Positions 37,193 through 47,920 of a stretch of 64,000 nt of DNA are shown piece after piece. Position numbers and translations under genes: made by a program. Numbering within the stretch: position 1 is the stretch's first letter; every line of letters starts with the position of its first letter. This DNA comes from Selaginella moellendorffii (Eukaryota; Plantae; Lycopodiophyta), in contig NW_003314261.1 in assembly GCF_000143415.4 (NCBI RefSeq), forward strand, positions 4,315,141-4,379,140, read 5' to 3'. Under the pieces are notes generated by a model. That model worked only from the letters and a program-made list of their open reading frames with translations, was not told where the DNA came from and did no database searches.

Positions 37193-38797
37193 ATGCCGCC
37201 GCGGAGGAGCGACAGCTATGGCTTTTACGCGCAGCTCATCCATCTCTGCCGCAGCGGGAAAGATTTATCCCGATGCAAGCGCGTCCACGAGCTCGTCCTC
37301 GAGAGCCAGTTCTCGCGCGACACATTTCTTCTCAATCTGCTGGTGGAGATGTATGGGCGATGTGGCCGCCTGGATCTCGCCAGGGCCGTGTTTGCCACCA
37401 TTTCCAACCCGAATTCCTTCTCCTTCAACATCATCATCAGTGCTTGCATCCAAGGGAATGCCATCGACGAGGCTAGGCTCGTTTTTGACAAGATTTCTCA
37501 GCGCAATGTTGTAACATGGACCACCATTCTTTCAGCAAATGCCCAAAGCGGGAATCTGCTGGAAGCGGCAATGATTTTTGACAGAATGCCCCAGCACAAT
37601 GTGATCACTTGGAACTCCTTTCTTGGTGGTTGCGCGCGGAACCAAGAGCTTTTCTCAGCCCTAAAATTGTTCGATCTAATGCCCGAAAGGAGCGTAATAT
37701 CTTGGATCAATCTACTCACAGCACTCTCCCGCAAAGGGCATTTGCAGGAAGCCATTCGTACGTTCCTCCAAATGCCAGAATGGAATATGGTATCCTCCAC
37801 GCTCGTGATAAACTGCTGCGCGGAGCTCCAGCACATCTCACGAGCCCGCGAGATCTTCGACCGGATGCCCGAGGCAGACGTCGTGACATGGACAACGATG
37901 ATCGCTGCGTATGGCGAAATTGGAAATCTAGAGGAAGCCAAGAGACTCTTTGATTCGATGCCCAAGCCGGACACGGTGACCTGGACGACCATGGTCACGG
38001 CATATGCGCACCATGGTTTCATGGCCGAGGCGAGAGCTCTCTTTGACGCGATGCCATACCCCAATGTGGCATCTTGGAATGCGATGATCCACGGCTACTC
38101 CCACGCCGCCATGGCCGACGATGCACTAGATCTCTTCCAAGAGATGCCCAAGAGAGATATACTCTCCTGGAATGAGATGCTCGGGGCGTACGTCCACGGC
38201 GGGGATATTCCCTGCGCGGAGCTTCACTTTGAAAAGATGCCCGGCCACGGAGTGGCGGCGTGGACGAACCTGATTGTCGCGTACGTCCACGATGGACGGT
38301 TGGGTGATGCCGGGCGGGCGCTCGAGAGAATGCCCTCCAGGGATTGTTCCACGTGGCGGGCGCTGTTAGAGGCATATGCCCGTGGCGGGTATATTGGCTT
38401 GGCCGAAGCGAGCTTTCAGCGAATGCCGGAGCGCAACGTGGTTTGCTGGGGAGCGTTGATCTACGGGTATGCCGTGAGCGGCGATCGCGCGAGGGCCACT
38501 AGGGCATTTGGGGTGCTTAGCCTGGAAGGGTTTTGGCCGACGATCACGACGCTGGGGAGTGTGATGAGCGCCTTCTCTAGCGCTGGAATGGCCAAGGAAT
38601 GCCGCGACTTCTTTGGAGCTATGGTGCTGGATTTTGGGCTAATGCCCAGAGTGGAGCATTACTGGCTGGTGGTAGACGCGCTTGGAAGGGCCGGTGATCG
38701 CGCCAAGGCCGAGGATTTGGCGCTAAGCATGCCCTTCCAATTGGACAATGTGGCTCGAGCGATCTTGCTAAGGTATGAAAAGTCTTCCCCAATTTAA
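37193..38797 (+). CDS. PLS-class PPR protein (tandem S motifs; ends after S2, no DYW)
   Basis: 31-aa repeats FD.MP...VV.W..M..AY...G....A; HY..VVD.LGRAG. Confidence 0.92.
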   Translation: MPPRRSDSYGFYAQLIHLCRSGKDLSRCKRVHELVLESQFSRDTFLLNLLVEMYGRCGRLDLARAVFATISNPNSFSFNIIISACIQGNAIDEARLVFDKISQRNVVTWTTILSANAQSGNLLEAAMIFDRMPQHNVITWNSFLGGCARNQELFSALKLFDLMPERSVISWINLLTALSRKGHLQEAIRTFLQMPEWNMVSSTLVINCCAELQHISRAREIFDRMPEADVVTWTTMIAAYGEIGNLEEAKRLFDSMPKPDTVTWTTMVTAYAHHGFMAEARALFDAMPYPNVASWNAMIHGYSHAAMADDALDLFQEMPKRDILSWNEMLGAYVHGGDIPCAELHFEKMPGHGVAAWTNLIVAYVHDGRLGDAGRALERMPSRDCSTWRALLEAYARGGYIGLAEASFQRMPERNVVCWGALIYGYAVSGDRARATRAFGVLSLEGFWPTITTLGSVMSAFSSAGMAKECRDFFGAMVLDFGLMPRVEHYWLVVDALGRAGDRAKAEDLALSMPFQLDNVARAILLRYEKSSPI

Positions 38798-38863
38798 AGG
38801 GAATGGCTTTGCCCTAAGATTCACATGAATATGCTCGCATTATTTTAAAAAGCTTTGGGTTTG

Positions 38864-40553
38864 ATGTCGGGCGCCTTGGCTGTGGAGATGTCCGACTTCT
38901 CCCCGGCGGGGGCGCTCCCCGTGAGGCGGCCGCTCGGCAAGCGCAGGAATGGCGATGGCGATGGCGAGGTCGACCCGCTGCTGCCTGTTCCCGAGTTGGC
39001 GCCGGCTCCGAAGCCGTGGAAGGGTGCGCCCATCGTCGCTGCCCTGATCTGCGTTGCCTTCTTGATGCTCCAGATGCTTCCTGCGACGCATTATCGCCAT
39101 CCAGCCGATCCCACTCGCACTTGGATTCCTATACGGCAAGAACAAGACCAGGTAGGAGCGATTTCTTTCGTTGTTGCACACCATTGATCTTTCATGGTTT
39201 GGACTTGGTATGTCTCTCTCTCATGCTCCACAGGGAGAAAGTGGGAAAGAAGTGGAAGAAGTGGATGCGAGGGAGTTCGTCACTGGCATCAAGAGCACTT
39301 CCATTGACTTGTTTGTTTGCACCGACGAGAAAGATTTGCGCCCTCTAGTCGTGGTCATCAACTCTACACTCGCCAACACCCGGTTCGTAGAAAACTCTTC
39401 TCTTCTTCCTTTTTCCACAGGGTGTTATTGGTTTTTCGTTATGGCAGTCACACGCAACGTATTCGATTCCATATCATCACCACTGAATCACAGCGAGAAG
39501 CGTGGTTGTCCAAACTCAAAGCTCTCTTTCCTCTTGCGGCCATCGATATGGTCAGGTGTGTTGTTCTTTCTTGTTCTCTTGGTTTTCAGTTTCTTTCTCT
39601 AGTTTCCTTGACATCGTTCTATTTCATGGCAGCGAAAAGATCGATTTCGAGGAAATCAGTAACCATGTCTTTTACCGAAAGGACAGCAAGGCAAGAGAAG
39701 CTCTTACAAGTCCATACAACTTTCTTCCCTTTTACCTTCCTCGCATGTTTCCAGGCATGCAAAGGATCATCTATCTCGACTCGGACGTCGTGGTTCAGGC
39801 AAGACTCTCGATCTTTGTCGTGTTTTAAATCCTTCTCACTTTTCTCTGGATTTTACACAGGGAGACATTGAAGAACTCTTCAACACTGACCTCGAAGATC
39901 ACCCCGTGGCTGCCGTTGAAGATTGCTCCCAGATCTTCGGCAGCTATTTCAACTTTGATCTCCTTCACCGCATCCAGTCGCGAGAAGCGTCCGAGTCCAC
40001 GCCTTGGATTCCGAGACAGCCATTCGATCCCACCGCCTGCATCTTCAACCGCGGGGTCCTGGTAATCGATCCTCGCAAGTGGATCGAGCATAACAGCACC
40101 GAAGCCATCGAGTGGTGGCTGGACGAGTTCCACCAAGCACAAAAGCCTCTATACAAGTAAGCTAGCGTTCCTTCTTTTCAACGTGTCCCGACTGTTTGAT
40201 CGTGGCGCAACAGATATGGCGTTTCGCAGCCTCCATTCTTGCTAGCTCTCTACAACCACTACAAGAAGCTAGACACGGCATGGAACACACGCGGGCTGGG
40301 GCGAGCCGAGTTTAGCGAGGCGGAGCGAGACTACATGAAGAAGCTCTACTCAAAGAGGCCGCCAAGGAGGCCATTCGTGTCGCCCAACACGGAGCACTCC
40401 AAGATCCTCCACTTCAACGGCCGATTCAAGCCCTGGAATCGAGACTCATCGGTGGAGCAGCCACCCTCGCTCTGCGGCTCCAGATCCGAGGACTGTGCGC
40501 GCCTCTGGTGGGCTTACATATCTCCAAACGTGAGCGACAGTTTGAAACAGTGA
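38864..40553 (+). CDS. Glycosyltransferase family 8 (GAUT/GATL-like), multi-exon
   Basis: Type II TM anchor, NFLPFYLP, IIYLDSDVVVQ|GDIEEL, AAVEDC, ILHFNGRFKPW. Confidence 0.9.
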
Positions 40554-40922
40554 AAAGTGAAGATTTAATCAACATCATATACTTTTTTGGCTATACTATG
40601 AAGGGGTGTGTCAAAAAATAGCTTGATCATGGACTATATGCAACTCTTTGAAAGTAAAAATACGAACTTCCAACTTTCATTGTTGCAAAGTTGCAATGAG
40701 AGTTTCTTTGAATTTCATGGTGAGGACCAGCTTTTGGATTCCTTTAGTTTCTTAGGAACACTTATAGGTGTGCCATGATCACACATTATAAGCAAATCTT
40801 CGAAAGCAAAAATGGGAATTTCAACTCTCATCGTCAAGGTCTTGAAACATTACCTTTTTTTTATGCACAGATAAATATTAAAGGTTAGATCAACTATACA
40901 TCTTTTTTAGGGTTTATTCGCT

Positions 40923-43592
40923 ATGAATTACCAAGCGCTACTCGAGGTTTTGTGGTCCACTCTTCCCCGCCCCAAGTATGCCACAGGAGGCGAGGTTGAT
41001 GCCACGAAATTCGCCATGCCTACCTTCATGCAAGTGGAGGGCGCGGGTGATCTCCCCCTCCCTCTCTCCAATGATGGCTTCCTTAAGCTTAAGGCCGTGT
41101 CGCAGCAAGCACCCTACGGCAAGGGCGAGGAAACCCTGCTCGACACCGACGTGCGCCGTGCATGGCAAGTGGAGGCGTCCAAGGTGAGTTGCCCGCAAAT
41201 CCCAGACTTCTTCTCAAAGGTGGTGCTCGACATGGCCGTTCCCGCGATGGAGGAGCTGGGGATCGACGCTGGCGCGCTTGGCTTGGACGTGAGACTGTAT
41301 AAGCTGCTGCTGTATGAGCAGGGTGGCCACTTCGAGTTCCACAGGGATACCGAGAAGGAAGATGGCATGTTTGCGACGATGATCTTGCAGCTTCCAACGC
41401 AGTCCGGGCATGAGGGTGGCCAACTGGAGATCCGTCAAGGGAAGAAGAACAGTGTCAGTCTTGGTTTCTCCGGTGCTGCTTCGAGGTCGGGGTACTTCCA
41501 GATGGCTTTCTTCTGCGACTGCGAGCACAGGCTTGCCGAGGTGACGAGCGGGACGAGGCTGTGCCTGGTGTTCAGCCTGGTGAGGAGCAACACAAAGTTT
41601 ATAGATGTGGATGCCCGCAAACTCCCACACTATGTATCAGCTGTTGGGAGCGTTCAGAGCCAGATGAAAGAATGGGCCGAGGAAACGAGACGCGTGACAT
41701 CGCCAATTCTCGCGATTCCACTGGGCCACCAGTACTCTAACAACAGCTTGAGCTTCGCGGGGCTCAAGGGACACGACCGGGTTGTGGGGGCACTCGTGCT
41801 GAGCTGCGCAAGCTTTTTGGACGTCCACCTCTGCATGCTCGTGAAACACTCCACTGGATATGACACCGACTACGGCAGATGTGAGGACCATCGCTACAGT
41901 TTGGAAAACTGGACAACTCCAGACGATCAGAAGCCCGAGCTCGACACTGCAGATGACTTCCCTCTAGCTCAGGTTTTGAGGTACGAGAAAAGCGAAGACG
42001 ATCCTTTTGGCGAATCGCCAGATGAGGAAGATTATGAGCCATACCAGGGGAATGAGGGCGGCAATACACACTCGTTCTATCACACCGCGGCTCTGGTGGT
42101 GTGGCCGAAGGAGAGCAGAATGGTGGCGCTGTGCAACACGCAAAGTATCAAAGCCGTGCGAAACTGGCTCGAGGAGCAGCACAAACGCGAGCCTGGGCGG
42201 ACGAGAGGGGACTTAGAGAGATACTTGGCTGCTTTGACAAGAACAATCGGTTCCAGAACTGTAGCATGGATAAGATCGAAATGGTCTTTCGAAAGCCTGC
42301 TACAGTTCTGCCTCGAGCACGACTTTCGCGACGCAGCATTCTTGGTCATGAAGAACTTCATGGTCATAAAGACCTGGAATTTCTTGCCAAGAGCAGCACA
42401 GGATGTGGTTGCCGCGGTACAGAAGTATGGATGGGATGAATTATACAGCCAGGTGATTGCGAGGTTCTTAGAGGACGGAACTCTTTCCTGGCGGTTTGGA
42501 GCTTCACGTCTTGTCGAGTGTCTGAGAGAGAGTGGCTTCCAGGACGAGGGTGTAAGTTTAGCAAAGAAGCTCTTGGCCAAGGGTGGCGTCTCGGACGTGA
42601 AACGTTTTTCGCCCTTTTCTGTCGAGGATGAGCTCGAAGATGAGAAAAGTTTCCTGAGCTTTTTTGTCGAGTGTGGGCTCGAGGATGAGACATGGAAGAT
42701 TGTGAGCATGGCATCCGGAGATTCTAAGTTTTCAGCCAACGACTTGGTCCAGGTAGTGAAGAAGTGGGGAGCGAGCAGCGTCCCTCGCATCGACGAGTTT
42801 TGGGAGAAGAGGCTGAAAATCAAAGAGGCTTCATGGGAGGAAACCTCGTCGAGCAACAGTTGGCAGACTAGATCACCTAAGGAGGAGCTCCGGCGAGAAG
42901 GATGGATAGATTTCTTGGGAGATTTTGCGATGTTTACGGTGGAGCTGGAGGCTCAAGGGTGTCACGATGCTGCGGTGACCTTTGCAAGCAAGAGATATGT
43001 CAAGGTTGCCAGCCTCGAGGAAGTCTATGGGAAGATCTTATTTAGCATAGAGAACCAGGATGCGCTTGCGATGCTCTTGGCTCTGGACAAGAAGACTGAG
43101 CAGACAGAAGACATGGTGGCGGCCATGAAAAAAGCAGCCAGGCTGATTGGCTTGAAGAAGGATGAGAAGGTGACGCAGCTCTTCTCGGATCTCTTGTCGC
43201 AAGCACTGGAGGCCAGTGCTGCCAACGAAGATAATCGCTACAAGGAGCTCTACGAAGCGGTGATTTGGCTAGGCCCTGCGGAAACGGTGAAATCTGTAGC
43301 GAAACGGGTGAGAAGTGGTAGTTTAGTGCTCCTGGACGACGAAAAAGAGGATAGCAGCCTGATCGAGAGAGCCAAGGAATGGGATGATGGTGAAAGAGAT
43401 GGATTGAAGGAGGTGATCAAAGCCAGAATCCACTACTTGTCGGCCGATGAAGATGAAAAAGATAGAAACGCAGCGGAGAAGCGGAGGAGTAGCCTCAATC
43501 CAAGGATTAAGCGTGTCAGGTATGATGAAAAGCTGGAGGTATCACCCACCGAAATCGAGAGGCTTCGCAAGTTATTGAGCGACTTGCCTTGA
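40923..43592 (+). CDS. 889-aa 2OG-Fe(II) oxygenase domain protein with long helical C-terminus, intronless
   Basis: APYGKGEET..D..VR..W; LYKLLLYEQGGHF..HRDTEK..GMFAT....LP..HEGG.L; DCEH....VTSG.RL.L.F (HxD...H triad plus Arg). Confidence 0.88.
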   Translation: MNYQALLEVLWSTLPRPKYATGGEVDATKFAMPTFMQVEGAGDLPLPLSNDGFLKLKAVSQQAPYGKGEETLLDTDVRRAWQVEASKVSCPQIPDFFSKVVLDMAVPAMEELGIDAGALGLDVRLYKLLLYEQGGHFEFHRDTEKEDGMFATMILQLPTQSGHEGGQLEIRQGKKNSVSLGFSGAASRSGYFQMAFFCDCEHRLAEVTSGTRLCLVFSLVRSNTKFIDVDARKLPHYVSAVGSVQSQMKEWAEETRRVTSPILAIPLGHQYSNNSLSFAGLKGHDRVVGALVLSCASFLDVHLCMLVKHSTGYDTDYGRCEDHRYSLENWTTPDDQKPELDTADDFPLAQVLRYEKSEDDPFGESPDEEDYEPYQGNEGGNTHSFYHTAALVVWPKESRMVALCNTQSIKAVRNWLEEQHKREPGRTRGDLERYLAALTRTIGSRTVAWIRSKWSFESLLQFCLEHDFRDAAFLVMKNFMVIKTWNFLPRAAQDVVAAVQKYGWDELYSQVIARFLEDGTLSWRFGASRLVECLRESGFQDEGVSLAKKLLAKGGVSDVKRFSPFSVEDELEDEKSFLSFFVECGLEDETWKIVSMASGDSKFSANDLVQVVKKWGASSVPRIDEFWEKRLKIKEASWEETSSSNSWQTRSPKEELRREGWIDFLGDFAMFTVELEAQGCHDAAVTFASKRYVKVASLEEVYGKILFSIENQDALAMLLALDKKTEQTEDMVAAMKKAARLIGLKKDEKVTQLFSDLLSQALEASAANEDNRYKELYEAVIWLGPAETVKSVAKRVRSGSLVLLDDEKEDSSLIERAKEWDDGERDGLKEVIKARIHYLSADEDEKDRNAAEKRRSSLNPRIKRVRYDEKLEVSPTEIERLRKLLSDLP

Positions 43593-43734
43593 ACGATTTG
43601 GTTCTTTCTATTTCTTTCTTTCCTCGAGTAATTCTTCTATTCGTTTCCTTGTGTGTCTTCTCGAACGATTTGGTTCTTTCTATTTCTTTCTTTCCTCAAG
43701 TAATTCTTCTATTCGTTTCCTTGTGTGTCTTCTC
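43591..43734. repeat. 72-bp tandem duplication
   Basis: 43591-43662 and 43663-43734, one mismatch. Confidence 0.97.
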
Positions 43735-43739
43735 GATGA

Positions 43740-45734
43740 ATGGGCGCAAGTCATGAGCTCGAGCGGGTGGTGACGCTTCTCAGGGCGTGCGACCGCCTTG
43801 ACGCGGGGAGAGAGGCGCACGGTTTCATCCGCAGCAGCCCCAGGCTATCCGGCAACAAGTATGTCGCCAATCTTCTCATCCAGATGTATGGCGGCTGCGG
43901 CAGCGCTCGCGACGCAAAGGAGGTTTTTGATGGCATCCAGCACCCAAACAAGTTCTCGTGGAATCTCATGATCCATGCCTATGCCCGGAACGGGTATCTG
44001 CAGCAGGCGAGGAGTTTGCTGCAGCAGATGCCGGATCCCACAATAGTGGCGTGGAATTCTGTTCTCGCAATGTACACACACAACGGCCTTTTGGATCAGG
44101 CGAGAGAGGTTTTCGACGAGATGCCGGAGAAGAACTCCGTGTCAAGAATCACAATGCTCTCTGCATATGCCCGTGCAGGGCATCTGGAAGAAGCAGAGGA
44201 ATTGTTTGATCAGATTAACGAAAAGGACAGAGTGGCCAGGAATGCCATGATTGATGCATATGCACAGCACGGATTTTTAAAAAATGCCAAAGAATTATTT
44301 GACAGTATGTCTGAGGGAGAGAGAGATGTTGTCACCTGGACGTCCATGTTTTTGGCTTATGCCCAAAGCGGGCATATTGAGCAAGCAAAACGCCTGTTTG
44401 ATTCCATGCCGTACAAGAACGTTGTCTCCTGGACAGGCATGGTGCGAGCATTTTCCGCGCATGGCCACTTGGATCAAGCAAGAAAAGTTTTTGATAATAT
44501 CCCAGAAAAGAATCCAATCTCTTGGAACACAATAATCTCGGGCTATGTGGATGCCAAGCTTTTAGACGAGGCAAAGGAGCTTTTTGATGCTATGCCGGCG
44601 AAAATCAAAACTATTGTCACCTGGAATCTAATGCTCAAGTCCTACTCCCAGGCTGGGCTCACTCAAGAGACCGAGAGGATCTTTCGCAAGATGCCGTGGT
44701 GGGACGTTGTCTCGTGGTCGGCCATGGTGACGGTATATGCCGAGTCCAAGGATCTGGAAAATGCCCAAGAGAGATTCCATAGCATGCCCGAGCACAACCT
44801 CGTCACGGCGAATGTCTTGCTACAAGCATACGCTCTGCAAAGCAGCGTAGAAGCTACAAAAAGATTCTTTGACGGGCTACCGTACCACGACGTTGTGACG
44901 TGGACGGTGCTGATCCAGTCCTACGGGCACCATGGAGATGTGGGACTGGCCATGGCCACCTTTGATTCCATGCCCGTGGAACCCGATACGTTAGCTATCA
45001 ATGCCGTGTTCCTTGCATATGCCGAGAATGGGCATCTTGAAGAAGCGAAGACTTTGTTTGACAAGATGTCTTATCAAGACATTGTGATTTGGAACGCTAT
45101 GATGGATCTGTACGCGCAACTTGGATTCTTGCTTGAGGCTAAGAAAATGTTTCTTGAATGCCCAGATCGAAGCGTGGTATCGTGGAACACTATCATCTCT
45201 GCGTATGCCCACAATGGGTATCTGTGGGAAGCACAGCGAGCTTTTGATTCGTCTCCACTCGTGAGCAACGTCTCGTGGGGTGCGATTCTCGCGGCGTATG
45301 CCCAACGAGGGCATGCCGACGAGGCGATTTTGGTGTTCCACAGCATGGTGGTGGAAGCATTTTTGCCGGATGATCTCGGGTTTGGGAGCGTTCTCACCGC
45401 TTGCGGTCGCGAGGGATTGCTGGAAAAAGGCTGGTCTTGCTTCCAGTCCATGAGCTCCGATTTTGGCATCACTCCTTCGAGCCAGCACTACTGCTGCATG
45501 GTGGATGTTCTCGCGCGGAGCGGGGAGATTCATCGAGCCGAGGAGCTTGTCCGAGCTATGCCAGGCGATCCAGGTATTGTAGCCTGGGGAAGCTTGCTGG
45601 GCGCGAGTGATATTCAATGTGAGATGAATAGACGAGCGCTCACCGCTGCTCGGGAGCTCTCCGGCTTGGATCCAAGCATCGCGGCACCTTACATGATGCT
45701 TGCCAACATCTTCACCAAGAGCAAAAGATTTTGA
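43740..45734 (+). CDS. PLS-class PPR protein, E-type, no DYW
   Basis: Long S-motif array; HYCCMVDVLARSG, AWGSLLGA, PYMMLANIF. Confidence 0.93.
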   Translation: MGASHELERVVTLLRACDRLDAGREAHGFIRSSPRLSGNKYVANLLIQMYGGCGSARDAKEVFDGIQHPNKFSWNLMIHAYARNGYLQQARSLLQQMPDPTIVAWNSVLAMYTHNGLLDQAREVFDEMPEKNSVSRITMLSAYARAGHLEEAEELFDQINEKDRVARNAMIDAYAQHGFLKNAKELFDSMSEGERDVVTWTSMFLAYAQSGHIEQAKRLFDSMPYKNVVSWTGMVRAFSAHGHLDQARKVFDNIPEKNPISWNTIISGYVDAKLLDEAKELFDAMPAKIKTIVTWNLMLKSYSQAGLTQETERIFRKMPWWDVVSWSAMVTVYAESKDLENAQERFHSMPEHNLVTANVLLQAYALQSSVEATKRFFDGLPYHDVVTWTVLIQSYGHHGDVGLAMATFDSMPVEPDTLAINAVFLAYAENGHLEEAKTLFDKMSYQDIVIWNAMMDLYAQLGFLLEAKKMFLECPDRSVVSWNTIISAYAHNGYLWEAQRAFDSSPLVSNVSWGAILAAYAQRGHADEAILVFHSMVVEAFLPDDLGFGSVLTACGREGLLEKGWSCFQSMSSDFGITPSSQHYCCMVDVLARSGEIHRAEELVRAMPGDPGIVAWGSLLGASDIQCEMNRRALTAARELSGLDPSIAAPYMMLANIFTKSKRF

Positions 45735-45862
45735 TTCAAACATGTATGATGATCATAGCGAGTTATACCTGTGAATCGTGTAAAGTGGTCACTTCCTTCT
45801 CACAGTTCTTCATCTAAGGGAAATCCATTTCTTTCCAGCGTGCCAGCAAGATCAAAACTTGG

Positions 45863-47695
45863 TCACCTCCGTGTGAGATTTCCTCCAGTGGATCGGGCAA
45901 TGTTGGATAAGAGAATGTAGGGAGTGGAATCGCTCTCTGGAGCAGCGGCCCCCTCGAGCAAAAATTCACTCGCACTCCGAGCTCGCTCCGAGTCCGAGTG
46001 TGTTCTACACGCCCCCAGCAGCGTCTTCCATGACACACAGTCGGGCACGTAAGGCATGGAGTTGACGAGCTCCTCGGCCTTGCCAAGCTGCCCGGCTCTC
46101 CCAAACATATCCACAACGCAGCGAAAGTGTTCGAGGGTAAACGCCACGCCGAAGTCCGCTACCATGCACCACGAGTAGTGCTTGCACAGGCTCAAGCTCC
46201 CGCTCTGGCTGCACGAAGCGAGGACGTGCGAGAACGTCTGCTCGTCCGGCGGCCAGCCTTCGTTGAGCATCTGGTGGAAGAAATGGAGCGCATTGCGAAA
46301 GCTCCTGCCGGAGGTCAAGCCCGCGATCATACAGTTCCAAGTCACCGTCGTGTGCTCGGGATTTCTCGCAAAGATCGCCCACGCTTCGTGGATGTTCCCG
46401 CAGTGAGCGTACGTCTGGATCATCATCGACCACGCCATGGAGTTCCTCCGGGGCATGAGCTCGAAGATCTCTCTCGCAGCGAGCGCGTCACCGGAGACAG
46501 TGAAGGCCAGTAAGATCGCGTTCCAGGACACCGGGTCGAGCTCGGGCGTGGAGTGGAAGGCTTCGAGCGCTGCTTGGAAGCTCCCGGATTTGGCAAACGC
46601 CGTCACCACCGTGTTCCACGACACGACGTCATGGAATGGCATTTTGGAGAGCACGGCCTTTGCCTCGTCGAGACAGCCCTTGTCGGAATTGGCAGCGACA
46701 AGAGTGTTCCATGCCATCTTGTTGCGGGGACACATCTTGTCGAAGAGATCTTTGGCCTGGGACAAGTCCCCCAAGAGGGAGCACGCGGAAATGATCGTGT
46801 TCCACGCGCAAGAGCTCTTCTCCGGCATTGAATCGAAGAGCGCTCTAGACTTTTCCAAATGCCCGCTCGAGGCATACGCCAAAACCATGCTGTTCCACGC
46901 AATATGGTTCCATCGCGGCATCCGTGCAAACACTCGGTGCGCGTTGCTTGAACTTCTACTGTTGCAAAAGGTGGCGACCATAACCGACCACGAAACAAGA
47001 TCGCGCTGAGGCATCACGAAAAAGAGATTCTCTACGTGCTCGATATGCCCCGACTGGGAATGCGCCGCCATGAAAGTCGACCACGACACAACCGTGTGCA
47101 TTGGAGTCTTCTCAAAAACCTTCCTCGCGTCGGAAAGATCCCCGGCATCTGCAAGGGCCGCCAGCAGCGCGTTCCACGAGATGACGGTCCTCTCGGGCAT
47201 CTCGGAGAAAATCTGTCTAGCGATCTCCAAATCCCCAGACTCGGCATATGCTGTCATGAGCGACGTCCACGACACGACGCTTCTCTCCGGGAGCCTATCA
47301 AACAGATATTTTGCGTGGCCAACATGCGCGATCCGTGCATGCGCTGTGATCATTGTGTTCCACGAAACCAAGTGCCTCGCGGGCATCAGATCAAACACCA
47401 CGCTCGCTTCTTCAAGATTCCCGTTTTGGGCATAAGCTGCATGGAGGATCGACCACGAGTAGCCGTTGCGGGGCGAGATGCTAGCAAACGTCGCACACGC
47501 GTCGACGACGCTGCCGCATTTTCCATACATCTCCACCAGCCGATTGGCCAGGTAAGTCCTCGGAGCATCGCTCTCGGCGATGATCCGCGCGTGAACTTGT
47601 CTCGCAGCTCCCAGATCACACGCTTCGCCACAAGATCGAACGAGCTGCTCGAAGAAGCCACAAGAAGAGGGAGCGCATTGCCGCACTCTATCCAT
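45863..47695 (-). CDS. PLS-class PPR protein, E-type, no DYW
   Basis: S-motif array; HFRCVVDMFGRAG, SWKTLLGACRTH, PYILLSNI. Confidence 0.93.
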   Translation of the reverse strand: MDRVRQCAPSSCGFFEQLVRSCGEACDLGAARQVHARIIAESDAPRTYLANRLVEMYGKCGSVVDACATFASISPRNGYSWSILHAAYAQNGNLEEASVVFDLMPARHLVSWNTMITAHARIAHVGHAKYLFDRLPERSVVSWTSLMTAYAESGDLEIARQIFSEMPERTVISWNALLAALADAGDLSDARKVFEKTPMHTVVSWSTFMAAHSQSGHIEHVENLFFVMPQRDLVSWSVMVATFCNSRSSSNAHRVFARMPRWNHIAWNSMVLAYASSGHLEKSRALFDSMPEKSSCAWNTIISACSLLGDLSQAKDLFDKMCPRNKMAWNTLVAANSDKGCLDEAKAVLSKMPFHDVVSWNTVVTAFAKSGSFQAALEAFHSTPELDPVSWNAILLAFTVSGDALAAREIFELMPRRNSMAWSMMIQTYAHCGNIHEAWAIFARNPEHTTVTWNCMIAGLTSGRSFRNALHFFHQMLNEGWPPDEQTFSHVLASCSQSGSLSLCKHYSWCMVADFGVAFTLEHFRCVVDMFGRAGQLGKAEELVNSMPYVPDCVSWKTLLGACRTHSDSERARSASEFLLEGAAAPESDSTPYILLSNIARSTGGNLTRR

Positions 47696-47920
47696 TCATC
47701 CATGACGATCATAAAACTCTCGAAAGGTATTCGATAAAAGGGGACTATAATAAATAGGAGAATACACTATGAGCTAGCAGAAACCAAAAGGGACAGATCT
47801 GTGATTTTCATCTTCTATACAGTACAGATACGCTTAGGCTGGGAGCATAAGAAAAACCCTCATCCTTTGGAGGTTCCAAGAATGCTTTTGTACAGTGCCT
47901 ACGAATGAGCTCTAGTCTCT

